64,000 nt of DNA from an uncultured virus (IMG/VR IMGVR_UViG_3300035208_003515) (lineage: Duplodnaviria > Heunggongvirae > Uroviricota > Caudoviricetes), in the IMG/VR virus record IMGVR_UViG_3300035208_003515, one strand, 5' to 3'. Shown in pieces: positions 21,611 through 31,028 of this stretch. Both the position numbers and the translations under genes were made by a program. The stretch's first letter is position 1. Each line of letters starts with the position of its first letter. The notes under the pieces were generated by a model, which was given only the letters and a program-made list of their open reading frames with translations, ran no database searches and was not told where the DNA came from.

Positions 21611-21682
21611 AGTATGCAATGCTAAGATATTGACCTCACTTCAAATGAAAAGGCATTGTTTTGATGCCAGGTAACTTTTAAG

Positions 21683-22352
21683 ATGGTTCTTGATGGTAGA
21701 GATGCCCCCATCCAGGCAACTGGAATGGTGAACCCTGTAAACTCGGTGAACCCTAAACCTTTTAGGCATGGGAATACCGAACCAAGCATGAGAGATAATC
21801 TCAAGGCGTGCGTAGAGAACGGACACAGGGCATCCAATTTGGATGAAGGTACGTTCCGAACCAAAGCGAAAACTTTGGAACAGCACAGAAATGATGCTGT
21901 CACCTGTAAAGGTAGTAACATTTTTGATCGTTTCAACCATAGTCGGGATCATCGGCTTCGCCCTTATGGTGGGCTTCATTGCCTCCATGAACACCAGCGG
22001 CATGACCACGATGGACATCCTGGTGCTGGGCTTCATCCCGACCCTTTTCTTGATCGCCATCCTCTACGGGGTAAAGAAAAACTGCCCACAATTTCAGCAA
22101 TGAGATTGCACAAACAATCCGTAAATTCGGTGAACCCTAAACTCTATGAGCAAGGGAATACCGAGCCAAGCATGAATCTTAGATTCAAGGCGTGTGTAGA
22201 GAACGTACACGGATCATCCCAAGTGGATGAAGATTCGTTCCGAACTGCGAAGAAATTTGCAGAACCAACCAGAAATGAGTTGGTCGCCTGTTAATCAGGT
22301 GTAACAAATTTGAGTCCGTATGATTACTGGCGGTCGCAGCGGCGGCATCTAA
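21683..22352 (+). CDS. Intron-split 66-aa two-helix membrane protein, putative major coat protein (exons 21683-21697, 21927-22072, 22313-22352)
   Basis: Splicing at the P1/P10-defined sites gives one open frame: MVLDGIVSTIVGIIGFALMVGFIASMNTSGMTTMDILVLGFIPTLFLIAILYGVVRMITGGRSGGI*; C-ending codon bias; strong 3' hairpin. Confidence 0.82.
21698..21926 (+). mobile_element. Group I intron 1 (229 nt, ORF-less)
   Basis: P1 exon GGU with IGS GCC (U-G at splice site); P10 GAU/AUC; P2 GCAA loop; P3 CCCUGU/ACAGGG; P4 UCGGU/ACCGA; P7 GAACG/CGUUC; P8 CAUCCA/UGGAUG; P9 hairpins; terminal G at 21926. Confidence 0.88.
22073..22312 (+). mobile_element. Group I intron 2 (240 nt, ORF-less), paralog of intron 1
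   Basis: P1 exon GGGU with IGS GCCC; P10 ACU/AGU; P2 CAAUUUCA-GCAA-UGAGAUUG; P3 AUCCGU/ACGGAU; P7 GAACG/CGUUC; terminal G at 22312. Confidence 0.88.
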
Positions 22353-22360
22353 GCCGTTTC

Positions 22361-22400
22361 AGGGGAGAGGCCTCAATAAAAGGGGCTTCTCCCCTACTTT
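22361..22400 (+). terminator. Strong hairpin after the spliced gene (terminator or mRNA stabiliser)
   Basis: AGGGGAGAGGCCTC / GGGGCTTCTCCCCT 14-bp stem, then ACTTTT. Confidence 0.7.
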
Positions 22401-22418
22401 TAAAAAATAGGAGGCTTA

Positions 22419-22553
22419 ATGGAGAAACAATTTAAGACTTATACAGGAGCAGAAAACTTCTGGGCTAAAATGCGGAAGTCAGGATATAATGCTCGTGTTG
22501 TGACACAGAAAGGCAAATGGACAGTCATTTATACTAAACCAAGAAAGAAATAA
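22419..22553 (+). CDS. Small basic protein (44 aa)
   Basis: Not in track; AGGAGG RBS; MEKQFKTYTGAENFWAKMRKSGYNARVVTQKGKWTVIYTKPRKK. Confidence 0.75.
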   Translation: MEKQFKTYTGAENFWAKMRKSGYNARVVTQKGKWTVIYTKPRKK

Positions 22554-22565
22554 CAGGAGGACAAA

Positions 22566-22670
22566 ATGAAGTTTCAGGGAATAAAGATAAGCAAAGTGAA
22601 AAAGTACAAGGGTGTTACCCTTAAAGGCGGTAAAAAGAAAAAGGCCGACCTTATCAAAATAAAACTATAG
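22566..22670 (+). CDS. Lys-rich peptide (34 aa)
   Basis: Not in track; AGGAGG RBS; MKFQGIKISKVKKYKGVTLKGGKKKKADLIKIKL. Confidence 0.7.
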   Translation: MKFQGIKISKVKKYKGVTLKGGKKKKADLIKIKL

Positions 22671-22680
22671 GAGATTAGTT

Positions 22681-22803
22681 ATGGCGAAAAAGAAAGACGC
22701 ATTAGGTAAGATACTGGACTTTAAAGCTGTGAGACTTCATGGCTTAAAGAAAAAGAAGGCAGTAAAGACACCTAAACAGACTAAAATACACTTTGCATTT
22801 TAA
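22681..22803 (+). CDS. Lys-rich peptide (40 aa)
   Basis: Not in track; AGGAG RBS; MAKKKDALGKILDFKAVRLHGLKKKKAVKTPKQTKIHFAF. Confidence 0.7.
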   Translation: MAKKKDALGKILDFKAVRLHGLKKKKAVKTPKQTKIHFAF

Positions 22804-22813
22804 GGAGCAGAAT

Positions 22814-22972
22814 ATGGCTAAGAAAGTGGTCAGCATTAAATATAATGAAGGCCCGTTCACTTATAGGGCTGATGCTGTTAAAGTGCAGAGGCAATATAAA
22901 TTGCGTGGTCACAAGGCAGTAATTGTTAAATTAGCAAAGGGATACCGTGTTGCTGTCACTAAGTATAAATAG
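22814..22972 (+). CDS. Small basic protein (52 aa)
   Basis: Not in track; AAGGAG RBS; GPFTYRADAVKVQRQYKLRGHKAVIVKLAKGYRV. Confidence 0.75.
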   Translation: MAKKVVSIKYNEGPFTYRADAVKVQRQYKLRGHKAVIVKLAKGYRVAVTKYK

Positions 22973-22981
22973 AGGTGTGCG

Positions 22982-23431
22982 ATGGCCTTTAATTTAAAGA
23001 GATCAGCAGGGGAACTCTATAATAAGGGTGTATTAAAAGCCCGTGAATTAAGGGATGAGGATCAGGTTAAAAAGGGCTTAAAGGTTGCTGTTGTAGTAGA
23101 AAGGGCAGATGGTAAACGTCTCTTAATTAATACCTATGGGGTACGAGGACATGTACAAATAGATGATTTTGAAGAAGAAAGGGTCAAGAACTTCTTAGGT
23201 CATAATCTGGGGCAAATCCGTACTGCACTGAAAGCAGGGAAAAAATGGGTTGATAATAAAGAGAGGATAACCTTTGACTTTTCCACTCCGGCTAAAGCAC
23301 CATCAATGAAAACACCATCAATTAAACTTCCGAAAAAGCGTAAGAGTGCGCCGGTCAGACGGATAGTCACGCCACGATCTCACAAGCAGGGATTTTATTC
23401 AATAACAGAAGGCAGGTGGGTAGATTGGTAA
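22982..23431 (+). CDS. Basic hypothetical protein
   Basis: GAGGTG RBS; K/R-rich C-terminus. Confidence 0.7.
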   Translation: MAFNLKRSAGELYNKGVLKARELRDEDQVKKGLKVAVVVERADGKRLLINTYGVRGHVQIDDFEEERVKNFLGHNLGQIRTALKAGKKWVDNKERITFDFSTPAKAPSMKTPSIKLPKKRKSAPVRRIVTPRSHKQGFYSITEGRWVDW

Positions 23432-23649
23432 AATGGTATCATCCTGGTGTTCAGATGAACTGGCATCACTCTGATCTAAGAGAGGTAAGACGAAGGAACG
23501 CTCTACGAGCGCATAAAGGTGATCTCTTAGCTACAGCACGGGCACTTCAACAGTTAGCTAATGTTACTAATGTAGGAGTAGTAGAGAAAGCGGCACGCCA
23601 GGATGCGGTACATTTCTTTGCGAAATATCATTCTAAGAAGGGGAGATAA
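23416..23649 (+). CDS. Basic hypothetical protein
   Basis: ORF track; R/K/H-rich. Confidence 0.65.
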   Translation: MGRLVKWYHPGVQMNWHHSDLREVRRRNALRAHKGDLLATARALQQLANVTNVGVVEKAARQDAVHFFAKYHSKKGR

Positions 23650-23654
23650 CTGAT

Positions 23655-26600
23655 TTGAGATTGAAAGTATTTAAGCCTGTGATGCAGGTTTTGTTTGTTA
23701 TAGTGCTTCTACTATCAGAAGCATCAGTTTTTTTTACACCGTATAAAGTAGATGCTGCTCCCATAGTAGAGGGAAACACAGTCAGGATATCACTGAATGA
23801 TGCCTATATTGAAGCTACTCCGGCTACTCTTACATCTTCGGGGTGGGTAGATGTTACATTCTGGACACGATACTATGAAGGGCCGGTGGATGTAGTTTAC
23901 GGGTTTAATGGGTTGGATAATGTCAAAGCTGTCAATCCCCAGGTGTGGGAAAGCTATGTCCATAATAAAACACGTCAAGTTCCTGCCGTTCTAACAGGAA
24001 CATTCAAACCGGATAAAGTTATCTCAACTAATACGGCAGCACTTCGACCATTGAAGGCTGATACGGATTTGAGCCTTAATTCTAAATACACAGAGATTAC
24101 ATATGAGCAAACTGATCCAATCATAGCAAAAGCAGAACGTCAGACTATTAAATTAGCCTATGATACCTATGATTCAAAAACGGGCACGTATTCTTATAAA
24201 TACAATGGGCAGGTTGCTGAAAACTATACAGAAACTTACGTTGACTGGAATCCTAAATCACAGCCAGTCACTAATACTTTATCTCATGCAGGAGCAAATA
24301 AATGGGACGTAGCTCAATATAAATCAGTCGCAAAGAACGAAGTGCAGAAGGCAAGGGTATGGATTGACATACCTTTCAACGGCACTAATGTAGTTTCAGG
24401 CAAATATAACATCGGCATAAAACCGTCTAATTTAACACTTCAACAGGCAAAGGATCAGAGCAAATTATGGTTACTTGACCCCTGGTATAACGCAAGTTGG
24501 TTGTATCGCAAAGCTATAGTTATTGGTCAAACAGACGACTTGGGGCCTGGTATTTATTATCAAGTTAAATTGCTAATTGGAAAATCAAATGGCGCAGATT
24601 TAGAGGACTTTGATTGTGAGAATCATTGCGAGGAGGATTTCGATGACCTGAGATTCACTAAAGACGATGGGACAACCTTACTTGACTACTGGATAGAATC
24701 TTCAGGTGCATCTGGTACATCTTATCTGGCTACTGTATGGGTGGAAGCTGAAATGGAAGATGCCGCAGCAGATACTACGATATATGTTTATTATGGTAAT
24801 GTAGGGGCACCAGCAGCCAGCAGCGGCGCAAATACTTTCATTAAATTTGATGACATTGGGCGTGGCAATGATGGCGATGCTGTAGGGGGTAGCTGGACAA
24901 ATGTGAATAATGTGGAGATAGATACTGCAATATATTGGCCTGGTGCTGGCTCGTCTCGGTCAGGAAGGTGGGCTGGGACAGTTTCAGATGCACGGGTAGC
25001 GCAGTTGTCATCATCTACTATCGCAATACAATTCAGGATGCAAAAGACTGATGCGGCGGGCCCTGTGGTGTGGCATGGTGACGGCGTTACCACAATGTAT
25101 CCGGTGTTCAGGGCTACTGAGGGTTGGGAATACTACGATGGGGTGGGGTACACCAATGTTGAGACCCTGTCTCATAGTACGTGGTATCTATTCGAGTACA
25201 GGAATTTTGACTACGATGCTAACACTTTTGACATGGTTCGGGATGGTGTGGTTAAAAAAGTGGGAGCCGATATGGCGGCATCCGCATTGGGGGCTAATAG
25301 TATACGCCCATACCAGTTAAGCGGGTCTGGTGATTTTTATATAGACAATCTCATCGTCCGCAAATGGACTGCCAATGAACCTGTTTTCTCAAGCGCAGGC
25401 GTAGAAGAGGGATTCCCTACATGTGCCTTAACAGGCACAATAACTACGGCTACAGATGCAGATATAATAACAGGTGGGGAAACCATTATCTTAACATTAA
25501 CAGGTGATACGTGGGTAGCCGCAGGTGCAACTTTCAATGCAATAAGAGATGATATTATTGCAGGTATGGATTCAGCACAAAGTGAGGCAAATGGTTGGGA
25601 TGCAGAATATAAAGCTAACGCAGCAGCATATGTGGCGGATGTAGTAAGAACAAATGATACTGTAGTTACGGTTACAATGTCAGCGTTAGCAACTTATTCA
25701 GTAACAGCATCCGAAACTATTACAGTTACAGTTCCGGCAGCAGCATTAACGTTAGGAGCTGATGTCGTAGCCTCTCCCACTTTTACCATTACAAAGGTGT
25801 TACCATTAGTTTCAACACAGGCAACATCAGTAATTACTACAACCTCTGCATTGGGGAACGGAACTATCACAGATTTAAACGGCGGCGGTAATGCAACTGT
25901 TAGGGGATTTGAGTATGATGTTGATACAGGCGCACCTTATGCACATGAAGTACATGATAATGGTTCTTACGGTGTAGGAGCCTATACCAAAACAATGTCG
26001 GGCTTAACGTCAGGAGAGCTTTACTATAATAGGGCATATGCTACATCTCCCCTCGGAACTGGATACGGAACAGAGGTAACTTTTCTTACCTTGCCATCCG
26101 ATCCTGCTTCTATAACAGCAACGGTAGTCAGTGATTCTGAAATAGACTTAACCTGGCCTGCTGTTGTTTGCGGTGCTGGTACAGTTGTTAATTATTATGT
26201 AAGAGCGAATCTCGGCTCTGCGCCGACATTTAGCGGAGCAGGCGGGACAACAATTTATGATAGTACACTTCTGGCCTATAATCACACTCCACTTGGATCG
26301 GGTGAACACTGGTATTATAGGATGTGGGTTAGGATTACTGACGGAGGGTTAGAACAGTATTCGACAAACTTTGCCGCAGATGATGGTACAGTATTTATTG
26401 CTCCGACAGTCACTACAGGTATATGTTCAGGATCAGGGACTACGTGGGCGTTATTAAATGGGAACGTGACTGCAACGGGTATACCTACAACTGTGACACA
26501 AACAGGCTTTGAGTATGGGTTGACTACAGCGTATGGAACGCTATCTCCCATGAATGTAGGTTCTTTTGGTGCAGGAGCATTTTTTTCAAATCTAACAGGA

Positions 26601-28520
26601 TTATCTCCATCTACTGTTTATCATTATCGTGCAATGGCAACTAATGGAGCATGGGGGTATGGATCAGATGCTATCTTTGCAACCAAAGGCTCACCGGCTA
26701 TTACGACCTACTTTAATACTGGCAGTGATTCTTGTATGCCGATCTATGGCACTACCGTAGCTGCCCAAACATTCACAACATCAGCAACTACACAATATTC
26801 AGTTACATCTGTACGATTAGAGATGCTGAGAGTTCTAACACCTGGTACTGTTACTGTTTCGGTGAGGCGTGCTTCCGGTGGTGTCCCAACAGGTGTTGAT
26901 TTAACCAGTGGAACGATAAATGGGGATAGTTTAAGCACATCTCCACAGTGGTATGACATTCAAATGACTACAGAAACGTCTCTTGAATTAAATTCATCAT
27001 ATGCTATTGTAGTTAGTGCAGCCAGTGGAGATGCTGCTAATTATGTTTGCTGGAGATATGCTTCAGCCGGAGGCTATGCGGGGGGAAATGGAGCAACATC
27101 AACAGATGGCGGAATCACATGGTCAACTTCCCCTGCTGAGTTTGCAGGGTTAGGTGCTTCCCTTTCGAGTGCTCCGTATGATGATGATGCGTGGGTTGCT
27201 CCAACTAATATATATGTAGATGATTCTGTTTATGCATCCGTAACGGCAGCTACTTTTGATACTAATGATTATACTGAAGTTCTGAATGCGTCCACTTTTG
27301 GGTTTGCGATACCATCTTCTGCAACTATTACAGGTATAAAGGTAGAAGTTGACCGTTACTGCGGTGCTGGCGCAGCTAAAGATGGTGTAATCCAGTTGAC
27401 TAAAGATGGTGCTGCAAGGGTAGGAGCAAGTGCAGCCACGGCTACGGCATGGCCTGCTACGTCTACTACAGTCTCTTATGGAGGGGCTGCTGATTTATGG
27501 GGTACTACATGGACTCCAGCGGAAGTAAACACTGCAACTTTTGGTGTGCATATTGCTGCACAAGCCACAGGTGATGATACAGATGTTTATGTAGATTTCG
27601 TCAGGATAACGGTCTATTATTCGTATGATTACATGTTTGAGATATGGGGTAATCAGTCTCTTGAAATCCAGGATGCTAAAGTATTTCAATCATATAAAGA
27701 TACAGGAGATTGGTTAGTTGCAGTCAGGTACGTAAATATTTATGCTCCGTACTATGACACTTACGATGTGAAAAAGTATTTCACTCTCCAGTTAGTAGAT
27801 TCTCTTGGAAATGTTAAAGCCTCAACTGTAATGCCCGCATGGGGCAATAGGGTAGGTTCAATATATCTTTCAGCAACAACTGTGGCATCTTTGACTTACG
27901 GTGGCAGTTATAGGGTACGTATTCAAGGGACTTTTACGGGCACACCATATTCTGAGTATGCGCTTGCATCTACAGATTGGATGGGGGACGATCTTGTTAA
28001 TCTGGATTCATGGGTTATTACCTCCGCCTCGGTTTTGGGGACATATTATTCAACTACAATGACTACCTATATTGCTGAAAGAGGTGAGGTCTTAAACTCC
28101 ACGGGATCGGGGATATTCTCATCTGGTATAGCAGGGCTTTCTACTGTCCGGCCTGCCATCTTTCAGACCTATACAATACCTTCAGCTTACACACCAGGGA
28201 CTATTACTCAAGCAGGAAGATTGGGGATACCAGCATGGCAAACTAATATCGGTACTACGGGAACAGTGATGCTTACACGGTTAGGGAATATAGTTGGGGT
28301 AGGTGGTGATATAATAGCAGTAATAGCGTTTTTGATTATGATATTTATTTTAGCAGCGTTGGCTTTCCCTGCCGGACATACTACGGCTGCATTGGGTCTA
28401 TCTCTTCCAATGTTAGGTGCAGCTATATGGTTCGGTATGGACTTACTCTATATAGGAGTGCTTGCTTTAATAGCGGCGTTCCTGTTTATCAAAAACTTCT
28501 GGATTGATAAAGGTAACTGA
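23655..28520 (+). CDS. 1621-aa membrane-anchored surface protein (DUF2341-like + FN3/Ig-like repeats), putative spike/adhesin
   Basis: Signal peptide; WYNASWLYRKAI...DFDDLRFTKDDGTTLLDYWIE (DUF2341-like); L.P.T.YHYRA.ATN FN3 signature; C-terminal TMs; many N-x-S/T sequons. Confidence 0.8.
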   Translation: MRLKVFKPVMQVLFVIVLLLSEASVFFTPYKVDAAPIVEGNTVRISLNDAYIEATPATLTSSGWVDVTFWTRYYEGPVDVVYGFNGLDNVKAVNPQVWESYVHNKTRQVPAVLTGTFKPDKVISTNTAALRPLKADTDLSLNSKYTEITYEQTDPIIAKAERQTIKLAYDTYDSKTGTYSYKYNGQVAENYTETYVDWNPKSQPVTNTLSHAGANKWDVAQYKSVAKNEVQKARVWIDIPFNGTNVVSGKYNIGIKPSNLTLQQAKDQSKLWLLDPWYNASWLYRKAIVIGQTDDLGPGIYYQVKLLIGKSNGADLEDFDCENHCEEDFDDLRFTKDDGTTLLDYWIESSGASGTSYLATVWVEAEMEDAAADTTIYVYYGNVGAPAASSGANTFIKFDDIGRGNDGDAVGGSWTNVNNVEIDTAIYWPGAGSSRSGRWAGTVSDARVAQLSSSTIAIQFRMQKTDAAGPVVWHGDGVTTMYPVFRATEGWEYYDGVGYTNVETLSHSTWYLFEYRNFDYDANTFDMVRDGVVKKVGADMAASALGANSIRPYQLSGSGDFYIDNLIVRKWTANEPVFSSAGVEEGFPTCALTGTITTATDADIITGGETIILTLTGDTWVAAGATFNAIRDDIIAGMDSAQSEANGWDAEYKANAAAYVADVVRTNDTVVTVTMSALATYSVTASETITVTVPAAALTLGADVVASPTFTITKVLPLVSTQATSVITTTSALGNGTITDLNGGGNATVRGFEYDVDTGAPYAHEVHDNGSYGVGAYTKTMSGLTSGELYYNRAYATSPLGTGYGTEVTFLTLPSDPASITATVVSDSEIDLTWPAVVCGAGTVVNYYVRANLGSAPTFSGAGGTTIYDSTLLAYNHTPLGSGEHWYYRMWVRITDGGLEQYSTNFAADDGTVFIAPTVTTGICSGSGTTWALLNGNVTATGIPTTVTQTGFEYGLTTAYGTLSPMNVGSFGAGAFFSNLTGLSPSTVYHYRAMATNGAWGYGSDAIFATKGSPAITTYFNTGSDSCMPIYGTTVAAQTFTTSATTQYSVTSVRLEMLRVLTPGTVTVSVRRASGGVPTGVDLTSGTINGDSLSTSPQWYDIQMTTETSLELNSSYAIVVSAASGDAANYVCWRYASAGGYAGGNGATSTDGGITWSTSPAEFAGLGASLSSAPYDDDAWVAPTNIYVDDSVYASVTAATFDTNDYTEVLNASTFGFAIPSSATITGIKVEVDRYCGAGAAKDGVIQLTKDGAARVGASAATATAWPATSTTVSYGGAADLWGTTWTPAEVNTATFGVHIAAQATGDDTDVYVDFVRITVYYSYDYMFEIWGNQSLEIQDAKVFQSYKDTGDWLVAVRYVNIYAPYYDTYDVKKYFTLQLVDSLGNVKASTVMPAWGNRVGSIYLSATTVASLTYGGSYRVRIQGTFTGTPYSEYALASTDWMGDDLVNLDSWVITSASVLGTYYSTTMTTYIAERGEVLNSTGSGIFSSGIAGLSTVRPAIFQTYTIPSAYTPGTITQAGRLGIPAWQTNIGTTGTVMLTRLGNIVGVGGDIIAVIAFLIMIFILAALAFPAGHTTAALGLSLPMLGAAIWFGMDLLYIGVLALIAAFLFIKNFWIDKGN

Positions 28521-30382
28521 TGCGAAGGTTTATATTTGCGGTTTTATTGGCAATAGTGACAGTAGTGTCGTCAAGTGTACCTGCCTATGCCGCAACGGAG
28601 ACTATAACTGTCAATGGTGAGGGTACGCATACAAGCGGGTCATATGTGGGCGGAACAGGGGACTGGCAAAACATCACAACTAATGAAAGTCCGCCGACTA
28701 CGTATCTGTCAAATACAACTCCTATTAGTTCTACTACTATCTATCACGACTATGCGTTCAGTGATATGGTAGCTACTCCTACTTTGGTTAATAGTGTTAC
28801 GATCACTGGTGTGTTACAGAGAGTACAAGCAGCCACGCTCACGTTTTATTATTGGGATGGGGGTACGTATTACAACAGTCCATCGCTATCTGCGACTGGT
28901 GGATGGGACACGCTAACATACACATGGAATACTAATCCAGCCACAGGCGTTGCATGGACAAAGGCAAATATAGACGCAGCTCAATTCGGAGTAAAGGCTG
29001 CAACAGGTTCCTCACCTTTTGCAATGGGCTATTACTTATCTTATATGAAAGTAGACATTGATTATACTGCCGTCTCCGCCCCTTCCGTTACTACCTCATC
29101 TGCATCCTCTATTGCTGCAACCTCTGCAACAATGAATGGAGAGGTTACAGATGACGGCGGTGGAACCATAGATTACTACGGCTTTGTATGGGATACTTCA
29201 GATAAAGGCGATGGTGGTAATGTTGATCCGTCTACTCCCCCTGGTACGTGGTCAAATGGGTGGAAATCAGCAGTTGGAGATTATGGGGAAAATACATTCG
29301 ATCATTCTACAGGTGCAACTTTAATCAAAGGCACAACATATTATTATCGTGCAGCAGCACATAATGCAACAGGGTGGGAATATGGGAGTGCTGTTTCGTT
29401 CACTACGATAGGCGATCCTACAATCTCTACGTTAGCAGCTACGGATGTAGCCTCAACTACAGCCCGTATCAACTCAAATGTAACCTTTGATGGCAATGTT
29501 CTAACAGGTGAACCTTGTACAATAAGATTTGTATATATAGCAGGAACAGGATATGCAGATTATGCCGCTATCGTAGCAGGAGCGGAAACTACGGTAGATG
29601 TAGCAGGGACATGGATTACAGGGCAATCTCCCTATGCCGATATTACAGCGTTAGCTGTGTCAACAACCTATTCTTATGCGGTGAGAATAGTCAACTCCAC
29701 GGCTACATATGCTTATGGATCAGTAATGACCTTTACCACTGAGTCAGGCGTTTATACCCCGACTAATTTTACAGCCGTCCCTACAGCTTCTACAGTATCG
29801 TTACTATGGGTCAAAGGAGTAGGCGCACAGTATACCTTAGTTAAATACTCGGATGCTACTTATCCCCCTACTACGGCTGATGGAATTTCAGCGTATCTTG
29901 GCACGGGTAACTCTGAAACATTGACTGGCTTAACCCCAGGTACGACTTATTACTTTTCTGCATGGGGGTTGACTGCGGGTGTATATTCAGGAACAGCGAT
30001 TACAGCGCTTGCTACGACTTTAGCGTATGATACCGCCACTTCGACTGGAACAATAGAAGCCCCTCCATCTAACTCGTGGTGGAATCAAACCCCTTCAACT
30101 ACCAATGTAGGCTCTATCCCTATGGTTAGTGGGCTTGTACAGGCAAACGCTACGGCTTATGCTATACCAGAATCTTCACTATGGTACTTTTTATGGTCTT
30201 TATTCAGTGTAGGTATGGGTGTGTTTGTTTACGGGAGAGGTGGAAATAAACTTCCTTTAGGTTTGGGGGCAACTGCTTTGATGTTTTCTCTTGGTGCGGT
30301 ATTAGGTTTGGTTATGTTATGGATAATGGTAATATTTGCTTTAATAGGGGCAGGTTTTGCCTTATGGGGAGATAGGCGATGA
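28520..30382 (+). CDS. 620-aa membrane-anchored FN3-repeat surface protein
   Basis: Signal peptide (AYA cleavage); LTGLTPGTTYYFSAW; Thr-rich; C-terminal TMs. Confidence 0.8.
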   Translation: MRRFIFAVLLAIVTVVSSSVPAYAATETITVNGEGTHTSGSYVGGTGDWQNITTNESPPTTYLSNTTPISSTTIYHDYAFSDMVATPTLVNSVTITGVLQRVQAATLTFYYWDGGTYYNSPSLSATGGWDTLTYTWNTNPATGVAWTKANIDAAQFGVKAATGSSPFAMGYYLSYMKVDIDYTAVSAPSVTTSSASSIAATSATMNGEVTDDGGGTIDYYGFVWDTSDKGDGGNVDPSTPPGTWSNGWKSAVGDYGENTFDHSTGATLIKGTTYYYRAAAHNATGWEYGSAVSFTTIGDPTISTLAATDVASTTARINSNVTFDGNVLTGEPCTIRFVYIAGTGYADYAAIVAGAETTVDVAGTWITGQSPYADITALAVSTTYSYAVRIVNSTATYAYGSVMTFTTESGVYTPTNFTAVPTASTVSLLWVKGVGAQYTLVKYSDATYPPTTADGISAYLGTGNSETLTGLTPGTTYYFSAWGLTAGVYSGTAITALATTLAYDTATSTGTIEAPPSNSWWNQTPSTTNVGSIPMVSGLVQANATAYAIPESSLWYFLWSLFSVGMGVFVYGRGGNKLPLGLGATALMFSLGAVLGLVMLWIMVIFALIGAGFALWGDRR

Positions 30383-30756
30383 GCAGTCGATTATGGATCG
30401 GAATGTTAATGTTCTATGTCCTAGCTATTGTCATCTGTAATGTCATAGAAGGCGCTCAAATGACTACAGGTGTCAATACAGACATGACTTCAATGGTACA
30501 GCACTCACAGACAAAATCCACTGACACGGCAGGGAATGTAGCTGACTTCTGGACAGTAGGCGCAAGCACACTCTCTACTATAGGTAAGGTTATAACATTT
30601 GATTACACGATGTTTAAAGATGTGAATAATCTTGACCCAGTAACAGGATTACCTATGGCTAATGATTTTGCCATATTCAGATATTTATTAATTGCTATTG
30701 GTGTAGTAATGGTAGTTGAGTTAGTGATAGTATTAAGGCAGGTGATAAGTAAATAA
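30379..30756 (+). CDS. Two-TM membrane protein
   Basis: N- and C-terminal hydrophobic helices. Confidence 0.7.
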   Translation: MSSRLWIGMLMFYVLAIVICNVIEGAQMTTGVNTDMTSMVQHSQTKSTDTAGNVADFWTVGASTLSTIGKVITFDYTMFKDVNNLDPVTGLPMANDFAIFRYLLIAIGVVMVVELVIVLRQVISK

Positions 30757-31028
30757 TGGGGAAGTTTGGACGTATAATGTTTGACCTCTTAATACTTGGG
30801 ATAACCCTCCCCATAGTAATAGGGACATATGACTTATTTACCCATCCCCGTACTGCCGGAGTAGGGACTGGTGGGATTTTAGTGGAGATGGTAGGTGTAG
30901 GCACGGCAGGGTTGGCATTGACCGACCAGACGCTCGCTTTAGTAGGCGCTATACCGTGGGCATTACCGTTATTTGTTCTGATTTGGACTATAATTGACAT
31001 TGCAAGGCCGGAGCAGCCAAAACTATGA
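30756..31028 (+). CDS. Two-helix membrane protein, possible minor coat paralog of the spliced gene
   Basis: LTDQTLALVGAIPWALPLFVL aligns by eye with MTTMDILVLGFIPTLFLIAIL. Confidence 0.6.
   Translation: MGKFGRIMFDLLILGITLPIVIGTYDLFTHPRTAGVGTGGILVEMVGVGTAGLALTDQTLALVGAIPWALPLFVLIWTIIDIARPEQPKL

Noticed and set aside
21622..22294. Track ORFs 21683..22294 (+, 203 aa), 21843..22103 (+), 21641..22060 (-), 21622..21936 (-)
   Set aside because: They read through intron RNA; the duplicated peptide in the 203-aa ORF simply mirrors the two intron copies. Only the exon portions are credible coding sequence.
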